In this document: piece after piece, positions 19,601 to 27,598 of the stretch | How positions within the stretch are numbered: position 1 is the first letter of the stretch | Layout of the letters: each line of letters begins with the position of its first letter | Assembly: GCA_964468475.1 (NCBI GenBank) | Contig: CAYXUL010000001.1 | Location: 150,439-214,438 of the forward strand | Direction of reading: 5' to 3' | DNA from: an uncultured Ignavibacteria bacterium | Lineage (GTDB): Bacteria > Zixibacteria > MSB-5A5 > CAIYYT01 | Length of the DNA: 64,000 bases | Program-made: the position numbers and the translations under genes | The notes under the pieces: model-generated | What the model was told of the DNA's origin: nothing | What the model saw: the letters and a program-made list of their open reading frames with translations, nothing else | Database searches by the model: none

Positions 19601-20301
19601 CGAAATATGTTATTTTGCACGACCGAGTAAGCCTCAGTGGGTGAGCCGTAATTAAATGAGATTGCGCCGCCGGAAGAGTCCGCCAGATTGTTGAGGAACT
19701 CGTTGTTAAATATATAGGCGGCTGAAGACGCACAGAATATTGCGCCACCGTCCCGGCTCGCGTGGTTCCCAGAGAAGGAATTGTCGTGGATGTACGAAAG
19801 TGAATATGACATGTCAATTCCGCCACCGGAGGCACTCGCTCCCGGCGCGTTGTCGAAAATCCTGCAGTCCCTTATCTCCGGAGACGAGTAAACATCGGAG
19901 TTGCCCAGAATGCGAATGTTGGAGGGTGAGCCGCGTGTGATCGAGAATCCCTCCAGAACAGTCGTTGCTGTTATTCCTGCCTGAAAGGCAATGGGAACAC
20001 CAAGCAGTTGACCATTCAGGGTAGTCGAATCCGCACCGAGCTGGCTGGTGATGTAAACATCGCGATCCACCGAAACACCATCGATGTAGGTGCCCGGCTT
20101 GACCATAATTGTATCGATCGGAACTTTGGTGGATGCTATCGAGACCGCATAGCCGATGTGCTGCACCGGGCTAAGCTGGGTGCCGGAGTTGGCATCATTG
20201 CCGGTAGTGGCCACCCAGATGGTTCGCGCGGAAACAGCGCTGCTGAGGAATAGCAACGCTGCAACAATACGACCAAGAAAGATTTTCTGACTACCGCGCA
20301 A
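16696..20301 (-). CDS. Giant secreted protein: DUF1565/parallel beta-helix + 3 PKD + Ig-like (ASH / SbsA-like) + dockerin + T9SS-type CTD
   Basis: The 1201-aa ORF has a signal peptide. Its N-terminus is [22 protein letters not shown]. PbH1-like repeats are present (IHDNSF, IFNNEF, VQNNIF, IMNNLF, LQNNIF). Three PKD signatures are present ([23 protein letters not shown]). The dockerin and CTD are listed as separate features. Confidence 0.85.
   Translation of the reverse strand: [1201 protein letters not shown]
16699..16974 (-). other. T9SS type-A-like / FlgD-Ig-like C-terminal domain of the giant protein
   Basis: [40 protein letters not shown]...[22 protein letters not shown]. The M6 protease has the same architecture at its C-terminus. 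Confidence 0.7.
17143..17361 (-). other. Canonical two-repeat dockerin module inside the giant protein (aa 981-1053)
   Basis: [22 protein letters not shown] ... [22 protein letters not shown]: two EF-hand-like Ca-binding loops (DxNxDGxxxxxD), each followed by a helix. Confidence 0.7.
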
Positions 20302-21112
20302 CGGCTTCTACCTCCCCGTTCTCGATGTAAAGCTGCCCGGCAGCCGGCAAATGATTTCCCTGCCAGTCAACGAGTTGAATTGTGTCGGGGTTGATCGTAA
20401 TGTCGGTAGTACCCGAAGCTGTACCGGGTAACAAATCAAATGTTGCAACTATCCCGCCGCCGTCCACGCCTTGCTGTGTTTGGTTCCCCTGAATCGTCAA
20501 GCCGACGGCAACATAATTTCCCTCGTTCCGGGAAAAGAATATCGTCTGATTTTGCCCGAAAATTGAACCTTCAGTCACGTTTCCAACCTTCACAATTGTC
20601 GAATCAAATTCGATGCGAAAACTCGCCCCAAACAGCGCATTTACATTGTGGATTTCCACTCTCAGCTGATTCGTTTCCGAAGTGCTGGTCAATTGCTGGT
20701 AAAGTGGCGTCACCCGAATCATCGGCACCTGTGGCTCTAACTTGATATTAACTGTTGCTGAGCCGACCGGGGCGATCTGCGTTACTTCGCTGCCCTGATA
20801 CAACACAGTGCCCTCGATATCCATCGCCATCATCGTAAAGGTCAAATCCTGCCCGGTGGGAACCTCGACCTCAAATGTGGCAATGCCATCCACGAAAACT
20901 GTGTCTTTAACAATATCTTCAATACCGTCGCCGGTGATAGTCAGCCTTACATTCGTTACACTGCTGCCGAGATCTGCCTGCTTCAAAACTGCCTGCACCG
21001 TAAGTTGATTGTTCTGCCCCGTCGGCGAGTCGCTCAGAGAGCAGGAAGAGAGCAGCAATGCTGCTGCGAGCAAAGTTGCAGCAGTGACCAGGCGCGAGAT
21101 TCTTAGAACCAT
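20291..21112 (-). CDS. Lipoprotein with Ig-like N-domain and cohesin-like C-domain
   Basis: The lipobox is LLLSSC (Cys24). Residues 131-268 are LRVEIHNVNALFGASFRIEFDSTIVKVGNVTEGSIFGQN...GGGIVATFDLLPGTASGTTDITI, matching the cohesin pattern (v.v..v..l.g.qf.l.yD...l.v..v..G). The ORF overlaps both neighbours, by 10 nt and 11 nt. Confidence 0.6.
   Translation of the reverse strand: MVLRISRLVTAATLLAAALLLSSCSLSDSPTGQNNQLTVQAVLKQADLGSSVTNVRLTITGDGIEDIVKDTVFVDGIATFEVEVPTGQDLTFTMMAMDIEGTVLYQGSEVTQIAPVGSATVNIKLEPQVPMIRVTPLYQQLTSTSETNQLRVEIHNVNALFGASFRIEFDSTIVKVGNVTEGSIFGQNQTIFFSRNEGNYVAVGLTIQGNQTQQGVDGGGIVATFDLLPGTASGTTDITINPDTIQLVDWQGNHLPAAGQLYIENGEVEAVAR
20309..20722 (-). other. Cohesin-like domain
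   Basis: See the parent CDS. This is a fold-level call from the sequence pattern only. Confidence 0.5.
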
Positions 21113-22260
21113 GCGCGTCCTCCCACTGCGACCTCCGCACCGGACACCTTGATCTCTCCATCCGGATCGTTCTTATCGGCCGTACCGGTGCTGATAACAA
21201 TTCTGCCATAGATGCTGTAGTTCTTGGAAGGAGCGCGGTATTCGGCCCCACCACCGAAGCTCACAATTGATGACTTACCGAAATAGTCGGGTGCGTCGAC
21301 GGCAAGATCATTGGCACTGAGATAACGATAACCCAGCATGAGATTGCCGATTACATCCTCAGTCAGAGAATACCCTACCGTGCCGCTTACAACACTCTTG
21401 TTGTTATTGGAATTGTTTGACTCGCTGTTAAGTGAACTTCCAAACTGCAGCGAGTTCTTATTGCGGAATATCTGGGCGATGGTCAGAGTGGCTTTTACTT
21501 TCTCCACCTTATAGATTCCACGCGCGACCGCGGCTACGACGGCGCCGTTCTTGAACACCTCGGTACCACCAATCTTATCGGCGAAGAAATTGCGGTAGGA
21601 CAAGTCAACGTCAAGCGAGGCCTGCTTGGAGAGCGCCGTGCCGGAGACCTGGAATGTCAGCTCATCGCCCGGATTGTAGTCGGCACCATCCTTGAAATAA
21701 GAGTACGATCCCCTCAGGTTGTAGGTAACCGATGCGCCGTACAGAAACCAGTCTGCATACTGGTTGGCGCCACCAACCTGCGCAACCACTCCGAACCCTT
21801 CTCCGACCCGTTTCACGGGGATGTTGAGGTAATCGTCGGCGATCAGCTGCGTCACTTGGACTTCAAGGGAGTCATATCCGGTCTTACCGGTGGGCAGCAC
21901 CAGGCCGAACGACGCGAAGGCATGGCCATTGGCAAATGCTCGAAACACGCGCGCCTGGGTGTCCGTGAGAGTGGAGATTGTCTGATTCAGCGCGACTTTG
22001 TCGTCCACATTGGTGTGCGAGAAGGCACTACTGAGGTGAAGCTGCCAGTCATTGGCAATCGGCACGTAGACCCGGAAGGGAACAGCCGACTGCGACAGGC
22101 TGGTCTCCACACCGCCCTGCTTCAGTTTCCAACCCTGGTAGATAATTTCTGCAGATACGCTGTTGCGCTGGCTGTAGACGATCTGACCCTGTGCGGCTAC
22201 TGCCAGCAGGAGCGTCAGTGCAATTGAAAAAATGAAAGCTGTCCGATAGCTAATCTTCAT
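21103..22260 (-). CDS. Outer-membrane beta-barrel protein
   Basis: The 385-aa ORF has a signal peptide (LLLAVAAQGQ), an amphipathic strand pattern with frequent Y/G/N turns, and a terminal GGRAWF. Confidence 0.7.
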   Translation of the reverse strand: MKISYRTAFIFSIALTLLLAVAAQGQIVYSQRNSVSAEIIYQGWKLKQGGVETSLSQSAVPFRVYVPIANDWQLHLSSAFSHTNVDDKVALNQTISTLTDTQARVFRAFANGHAFASFGLVLPTGKTGYDSLEVQVTQLIADDYLNIPVKRVGEGFGVVAQVGGANQYADWFLYGASVTYNLRGSYSYFKDGADYNPGDELTFQVSGTALSKQASLDVDLSYRNFFADKIGGTEVFKNGAVVAAVARGIYKVEKVKATLTIAQIFRNKNSLQFGSSLNSESNNSNNNKSVVSGTVGYSLTEDVIGNLMLGYRYLSANDLAVDAPDYFGKSSIVSFGGGAEYRAPSKNYSIYGRIVISTGTADKNDPDGEIKVSGAEVAVGGRAWF

Positions 22261-22303
22261 AATCCTCTACTTCGCTGCAACTCCGTCGCGATTTTCCACT
22301 GCC

Positions 22304-23617
22304 TTAGTCTGCGCTTCCCGTAACCGTCACGGTTGCGCTGCCACGTTGCGGGGTAGGCTGGGGATTTTCATCTGTCGAGGGTGCACCCTCGGTGGAACCC
22401 TGCAGCCTTTGCATGATATCTCCCTGGCTGATCACCGCCTGCGACTCCGGTTTAACATCAAGCTGCACCATTTCAGCGAGCGCCGTTACCGGACGAGGCG
22501 CTCCTTCAAATTTCGAAAGGCCGCTGTAATCCTGCGCCGCCTGAGTGGCGAGCCCGAAATTGGGATCGTCCCTCACCGCCTCTTTGAATTCCGCCTCTGC
22601 GAGCTGATACATGCCCCGGTCGGCATAGTCGAGCCCGCGTGAATAGGCGATCAGCGCGAGAACCGATTCGGTCTGAGACTTGTCGATCGCAGCTTTGATC
22701 TCCGGGGTTATCTTATATCCAAGTTTTTCGATTATATCGAATGTCAGCTTCTTCTGCAGTCCAAAGATGTCCGAGACTTTACCTTCTTGTTTCTGAGGAT
22801 ATTGTGCCAGCGCGGGGCCAACAGCCACGATTCCGGCGTCGATCTGAAGTTCATTCTTGCCCGGCTCGTCAATCTGTCCTGTGATCACTTTCGAGGCCCC
22901 CACGATCTTGCCGACGCGGGGTGAGTTGTATTGGTCCGCAAGCTGGGACTGGCTCAGCTTTAGCTCCTGCTGCAGCTGGGAAATCTCCAGCCTTTCGACC
23001 AGAGTCAAACCGGGAACATGAGAGAGATCATTATAGATTAGCTCAGCAATTCCGCGTCCAAGAGGCTTGTATTGATCGGAAAGTTTGCTGGCATCGAAGC
23101 GCACAACCGCCACCGTGTTCTTCGGAATAGTCGAAGCATCGATCTTGCTTTCATTCGCTATCGCATTAGCCACAATCTTTTGCAGATGCTGATCCTCCAG
23201 CCAGTGGAGCCGATAGCGGATTTCAGGCGCGAGGCTCTTGTCAGGATTGAGCGACAGGTAGCTGCGGTAAAGCGCCAGAGCAGCCTCAGTCTGCCCGCGC
23301 TCCTCATGAATCATTCCTCGATAAAGGATCGATTGCGGGTTGTTCGGTTCGAAGCGATCCGCCTGATCAAAGGCTTCCAGGGCTTCATCATACCTTTGTA
23401 AATGGAAATAAGCGACTCCCAGGTTTCGCCAGAGGCGTGCACTTTGCGGGCTGCGTGCCAGTTCCCCCTGGTAATGGGAGATAGCCTGTTCATAATCGCC
23501 CTTCGCCAGCAGGCTGTCGCCGCCACTTCCCGTAGCGGCGCAACCGGCCAGAACGGCTGTTGCCATAGCGATTAAGGACAGGCTGACTATGAGTTCTCGG
23601 AAATCATGCCAGCGCAT
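22304..23617 (-). CDS. Lipoprotein with TPR repeats and a CsgG/LpoB-like domain
   Basis: The lipobox is VLAGCAA. TPR segments are present (YEQAISHYQGELARSP, WRNLGVAYFHLQRYDEALEAFDQADRFEPNN, and others). The CsgG-like core is TVAVVRFDAS...LGRGIAELIYNDLSHVPGLTLVERLEISQLQQEL...GKIVGASKVITGQI. Confidence 0.7.
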   Translation of the reverse strand: MRWHDFRELIVSLSLIAMATAVLAGCAATGSGGDSLLAKGDYEQAISHYQGELARSPQSARLWRNLGVAYFHLQRYDEALEAFDQADRFEPNNPQSILYRGMIHEERGQTEAALALYRSYLSLNPDKSLAPEIRYRLHWLEDQHLQKIVANAIANESKIDASTIPKNTVAVVRFDASKLSDQYKPLGRGIAELIYNDLSHVPGLTLVERLEISQLQQELKLSQSQLADQYNSPRVGKIVGASKVITGQIDEPGKNELQIDAGIVAVGPALAQYPQKQEGKVSDIFGLQKKLTFDIIEKLGYKITPEIKAAIDKSQTESVLALIAYSRGLDYADRGMYQLAEAEFKEAVRDDPNFGLATQAAQDYSGLSKFEGAPRPVTALAEMVQLDVKPESQAVISQGDIMQRLQGSTEGAPSTDENPQPTPQRGSATVTVTGSAD

Positions 23618-23699
23618 ATAGCAATTGACTCTCTAATGACTCCTGTAAGTTTTTCAAATCCTCTGGAGCGATTGCTTTACGGCATTCGCTCCGCTTCGC

Positions 23700-24707
23700 T
23701 TACTCGCCTGCAGCTTTCATTTCTAATTCTACACGTTGTTGACGATCTGACGCAAGCACAAAATCGGGTGAAATATCGAGAGCCTGTGCGTAAAATTGCT
23801 CCGCCTTGTTGTAGTTGCCCTCTTCTTCCTGGGCAAATCCCTGAGAATAAGCCAGCAACGCAGCCAGATTTACGTTCGGAACCTTGGCTTTGGCTTCGTC
23901 GATCGCCTTCGCTTCGACCTTGAAATATGCCATTATCGAATCAGCCAATTCCATTGAAAGGTCGCCGATCTTGCTGTCTTTTCCTTCAACACTGAAAGTT
24001 TTCTTCGGGAGGGTGGTCTCGGTATCAATGACCCGGGCCATAATCCTGACCTTGTCCTTTTGCATCTTCATGAACGTCCCGAAAATAAAATTCGATGCGC
24101 CAATGACTTTGCCGGTCTGAATTTTGTAGTTTTCGTCGGTCATTCCCTTCTGCGAATTCTCTATCTCCTGCTTGAGATAATTGAAATGCGAGCGCGAAGG
24201 GACATACACCAAACCTGACGAGATCAGGTTGTAGCGCACCAGCTCAGAAATTCCCAGCCCTGCCGTCTTGTACTTATCGGCATCGACTATGGAGCCATTG
24301 TCAAACTCGACCACTGCCACGGTCAGCATCTTCTTGAATTGACCCGGTTTGAAGCCGGTGTCATTGACAAATTTCGCCCATGCTTTCGACACCAAGGCCG
24401 GTTCGTCGCCGGTATCGAAATTGGTATTAGGGTCCAGCTTGACCAGCGCCGCAAAATAGCTTTGTGCCTGATCCGGCTGTTTGTTCTGAGCGCAGGCGCG
24501 TGACAGCCAACGCAGAACGCCCGCGCTGTCTGCTGCAGACAATCCCTGCTTGTCAAGCATATCACTTGCCTTCATGACCACGTCAGCAAACTGCCCACGG
24601 CGGTAAAGCGTGCCCAACTCATCTATCTGACTTCCCGAGTCTGCCCAGACGAGCGTGAAGGGGATAACCAGCAAAAGCGCTATTAGTATTCCGTTAATGC
24701 GTTTCAT
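23700..24707 (-). CDS. Secreted TPR + CsgG/LpoB-like domain protein (paralog of 22304..23617)
   Basis: A signal peptide is present. The core is TVAVVEFDNGS...GLGISELVRYNLISSGLVYVPSRSHFNYLKQEI...GKVIGASNFIFGTF. The C-terminal TPR is EEGNYNKAEQFYAQALDISPDF. Confidence 0.7.
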   Translation of the reverse strand: MKRINGILIALLLVIPFTLVWADSGSQIDELGTLYRRGQFADVVMKASDMLDKQGLSAADSAGVLRWLSRACAQNKQPDQAQSYFAALVKLDPNTNFDTGDEPALVSKAWAKFVNDTGFKPGQFKKMLTVAVVEFDNGSIVDADKYKTAGLGISELVRYNLISSGLVYVPSRSHFNYLKQEIENSQKGMTDENYKIQTGKVIGASNFIFGTFMKMQKDKVRIMARVIDTETTLPKKTFSVEGKDSKIGDLSMELADSIMAYFKVEAKAIDEAKAKVPNVNLAALLAYSQGFAQEEEGNYNKAEQFYAQALDISPDFVLASDRQQRVELEMKAAGE

Positions 24708-24759
24708 GGCGTTTTTCCTTTCACAAAACTAACGGTTTAATATTTCCACTCAACATAAA

Positions 24760-26772
24760 TTACTTCTTTCGCAGCTTGAATTCGACAGTCTTTGCGCTGC
24801 TGATGTCGACGTACTGCGGTCCGCCCATAGTCTCATAATCGGGATGTTCGATCCAGATTTTATGCATTCCGTTCATTACATCCTGCCGAAACGGGGTGTC
24901 TCCGTCCTTGATTTTGACATTGTCGATGTACACCTGGGCCGGAACAAAATCATCTGGATTCGCCGGGACCAGCGATGTCACAGTCAGGCGGCTCTGTTTG
25001 TTGTTCGGCTTAAACGTCGCATTGACTGTATTGCCGCTCACTGAGACACGTTCGGTTAGACGTCCGACATCGGTAATAATACCGACTTCGTGGCTGCCTT
25101 CTTTAAGATCGTTAAAATTCACTGGCGTACCCTCATATTGTACGCTCTTACCGTCGAAATACACCTTAACTGGTTCAAATATCTTGTAATCCTCGACACT
25201 AACCGTAATCTCGCCGGTAGCCGGCGCTTCGGCGCTCGATAGCGTAAACGATTGCGATACAACGTCTTTATCTACTTTGACGCTCTGATTTATCGGCTTG
25301 GCGCCTTTGCCGGAAACATCGATCGTGTACTCACCCGGCTTCAACCCGGAGAAATTCAATTGTCCGCCGGTGAAGTCCTTGCTTTGTCCGTTAATCGACA
25401 CTGTAACCGGCGCGAAATCCTTATAATTCGCAATCGATACTGCAATCCCACCCGGAACCGCCTGCTGCTCCTTGACAACTTGACCCCACAGTTGCACTAC
25501 CGCCGGGGGAAAACGGTCATCAAACGTAAGATCAGGATTGGAAGAGTACAGCTTCTTTAGCTCCGTCTGCGCTTCTTCAAAGTTACCTTCCAACAGCTGC
25601 GCCGCTGCCTGAAACTGCGCGATCTCGAGCCGATCCTGATCGCTGGCTGATGCCGAGGTCTGTAAGTTTTGTAGCATAGGCAGCGCCTTGGAGTAATCTT
25701 CACTATTCACGTAACCAATCGCGACCTTGAGCGAGTCTGCAAAGGTCGTCGCCTCCACCGAGCCTTTTCCTCCGCCGGGACGTACTACCAGCCACAACAC
25801 CACCGCAATCACGACCAGCGCAACGGCGGCCAGACCAATCTTCTTCCACATGCCGCCACCGCCGATTGAAGGCGGCTCAACAACCAGCTCCGTCTTTTCC
25901 AGCTCCGGCATGACCTGCTTGACCGTCTTCTCGCCCGACAGATCGATACTAGCCAATGCATCGTTCATATCGGCAGCGGACTGAAATCGTCTGGCCGGAT
26001 CTTTCTGCAACGCTTTGAGAATTAGCGACTCCGCCCCGGGATCGACATCGCTGCGGAATGTACGCGGCGACGGCGGTGTCTTTTCGAGATGACCGGTCAT
26101 TATTTCATATTCTGAATCCGCCGCGAACGGTGTATGCCCTGTCAAAACCTGATAGAGAGTGATCCCCACAGAGTAGAGATCCGAACGATTATCGATCTTT
26201 TCGCGCTTGCCGCGAATCTGCTCAGGTGACATGTACAACAGCGAACCGGCGCCGGTGCCGGTGCGTGTCAGCTTGGCGCCATCGGTTACCATCGCAATGC
26301 CGAAATCGGTGATCTTGACGGTACCATTACTGGTGATCATGATATTCGAAGGTTTGATGTCGCGATGGATTATTCCGTGATCATGGGCGTAACCTATACC
26401 GCTCAGTAGCTGCCGGAAAATCGGAGCAGCCTCAGCGATGCTAAGATATTTCCTTTCGCGCAATATCGCATCGAGATTGGTGCCATCGATGTATTCCATC
26501 ACGATGAAGGTGACATCGTCGATTTTATCGTAGTCGGAAACTCGAACGATGTTCTGGTGCTCAAGCTGGCCCAGGGCGAGGGCTTCCCGCTCAAAGTAGG
26601 CGGAGAGCATTTCGTCCTTGGCTACTTGCGGATGAAGCACCTTTAGGGCGAATTGCTTTCGTAGTTTGACGTGTCGTGCGAGAAAAACCGAACCGAATCC
26701 CCCTTCACCGATCTTCTTAATGATCTCGTATTTACCAATCTTTTCTAATTCCATAGTCTCAGCCGGGTACAA
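24760..26772 (-). CDS. Transmembrane Ser/Thr protein kinase with periplasmic TPR-like and PEGA-like domains
   Basis: Hanks kinase motifs are present: IGEGGFGSV, ALKVL, HRDIKPSNIM, DFGIA, SPEQ. One TM helix follows (GLAAVALVVIAVVLWLVV). Then come 3 repeats of about 65 aa, such as GEYTIDVSGKGAKP and GMHKIWIEHPDYET. Confidence 0.9.
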   Translation of the reverse strand: MYPAETMELEKIGKYEIIKKIGEGGFGSVFLARHVKLRKQFALKVLHPQVAKDEMLSAYFEREALALGQLEHQNIVRVSDYDKIDDVTFIVMEYIDGTNLDAILRERKYLSIAEAAPIFRQLLSGIGYAHDHGIIHRDIKPSNIMITSNGTVKITDFGIAMVTDGAKLTRTGTGAGSLLYMSPEQIRGKREKIDNRSDLYSVGITLYQVLTGHTPFAADSEYEIMTGHLEKTPPSPRTFRSDVDPGAESLILKALQKDPARRFQSAADMNDALASIDLSGEKTVKQVMPELEKTELVVEPPSIGGGGMWKKIGLAAVALVVIAVVLWLVVRPGGGKGSVEATTFADSLKVAIGYVNSEDYSKALPMLQNLQTSASASDQDRLEIAQFQAAAQLLEGNFEEAQTELKKLYSSNPDLTFDDRFPPAVVQLWGQVVKEQQAVPGGIAVSIANYKDFAPVTVSINGQSKDFTGGQLNFSGLKPGEYTIDVSGKGAKPINQSVKVDKDVVSQSFTLSSAEAPATGEITVSVEDYKIFEPVKVYFDGKSVQYEGTPVNFNDLKEGSHEVGIITDVGRLTERVSVSGNTVNATFKPNNKQSRLTVTSLVPANPDDFVPAQVYIDNVKIKDGDTPFRQDVMNGMHKIWIEHPDYETMGGPQYVDISSAKTVEFKLRKK

Positions 26773-27092
26773 GTTGTGATTTCAATGCAATCAAAAGGAA
26801 CCGTAGTGGAGTAAGAGAGTCAACAAAAAACGCTGGATATGAAGCTCCTGTGAATACGATACGTTCTTAAGCGCGGCACAGCCGGGCATCAAGTTGCTAT
26901 CATGCCGACAAGTCTAATCATTACAAACTAAGTACAGCTAACGCATGTCGGGGATTGCAGGAATAATAATCAATTAGAACTGTCCATTTCCTCGTGTTTT
27001 GTGAAATTCGTTCGTAACATTCTTACGAGAGTCAAGTCAACCACCGGACTGGCAGCACGTCTAGCTGCCTCTTCACGGAAAGGAGTATTTCA

Positions 27093-27485
27093 GTGAGTAA
27101 TAACCTTGAAGTGCTGAAGACAGGTTACGAGAACTTCGCAAAGGGTAACATCCCTGCAGTGTTAGAAACGTTTGATCCCAAAATCGAATGGAAAGAGCCA
27201 AAAGGCTCGTTCTACGGCGGGACATATACAGGACCTAATGATGTCGCCAAGAACGTTTTCGAAAAGGTCAATGAAGATTGGGCCGATTTCACGCTGCAGC
27301 CAAACAAATACATCGAAAGCGGTGATGAAATCGTAGTCCTTGGCAAATGTAAAGGAACTCATAAAGCCACGGGGAAGCCCTTCGAGACGAGCTTTGCACA
27401 CGTCTGGACCGTGCATGATGGGATTGCTCAGAGTTTTGAGGATTTCATGGACACGGCCATGGCGCACGAAGCAGCGAAATCCTGA
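27093..27485 (+). CDS. SnoaL-like / NTF2-fold protein
   Basis: The 130-aa ORF starts LEVLKTGYENFAKGNIPAVLETFDPKIEW, typical of ketosteroid-isomerase-like proteins. Confidence 0.75.
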   Translation: MSNNLEVLKTGYENFAKGNIPAVLETFDPKIEWKEPKGSFYGGTYTGPNDVAKNVFEKVNEDWADFTLQPNKYIESGDEIVVLGKCKGTHKATGKPFETSFAHVWTVHDGIAQSFEDFMDTAMAHEAAKS

Positions 27486-27598
27486 AGAACGCTGCAGCAG
27501 GTTGAATCAATTTGACGGGGGATTATAGATTAACTGCCCACCTCTGCTGTATCGCTTCTTGGGGAGATGTAGTTGAAATCTGACAACTCCTGAAGATG

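Noticed and set aside
26773-27092. A 320-nt intergenic region upstream of the kinase operon, scanned for small ORFs, riboswitch-like structure and promoters.
   Set aside because: Only ORFs of 4-10 codons are present. A TTGACT on the minus strand lacks a convincing -10 hexamer at 16-18 nt. Nothing is supportable.
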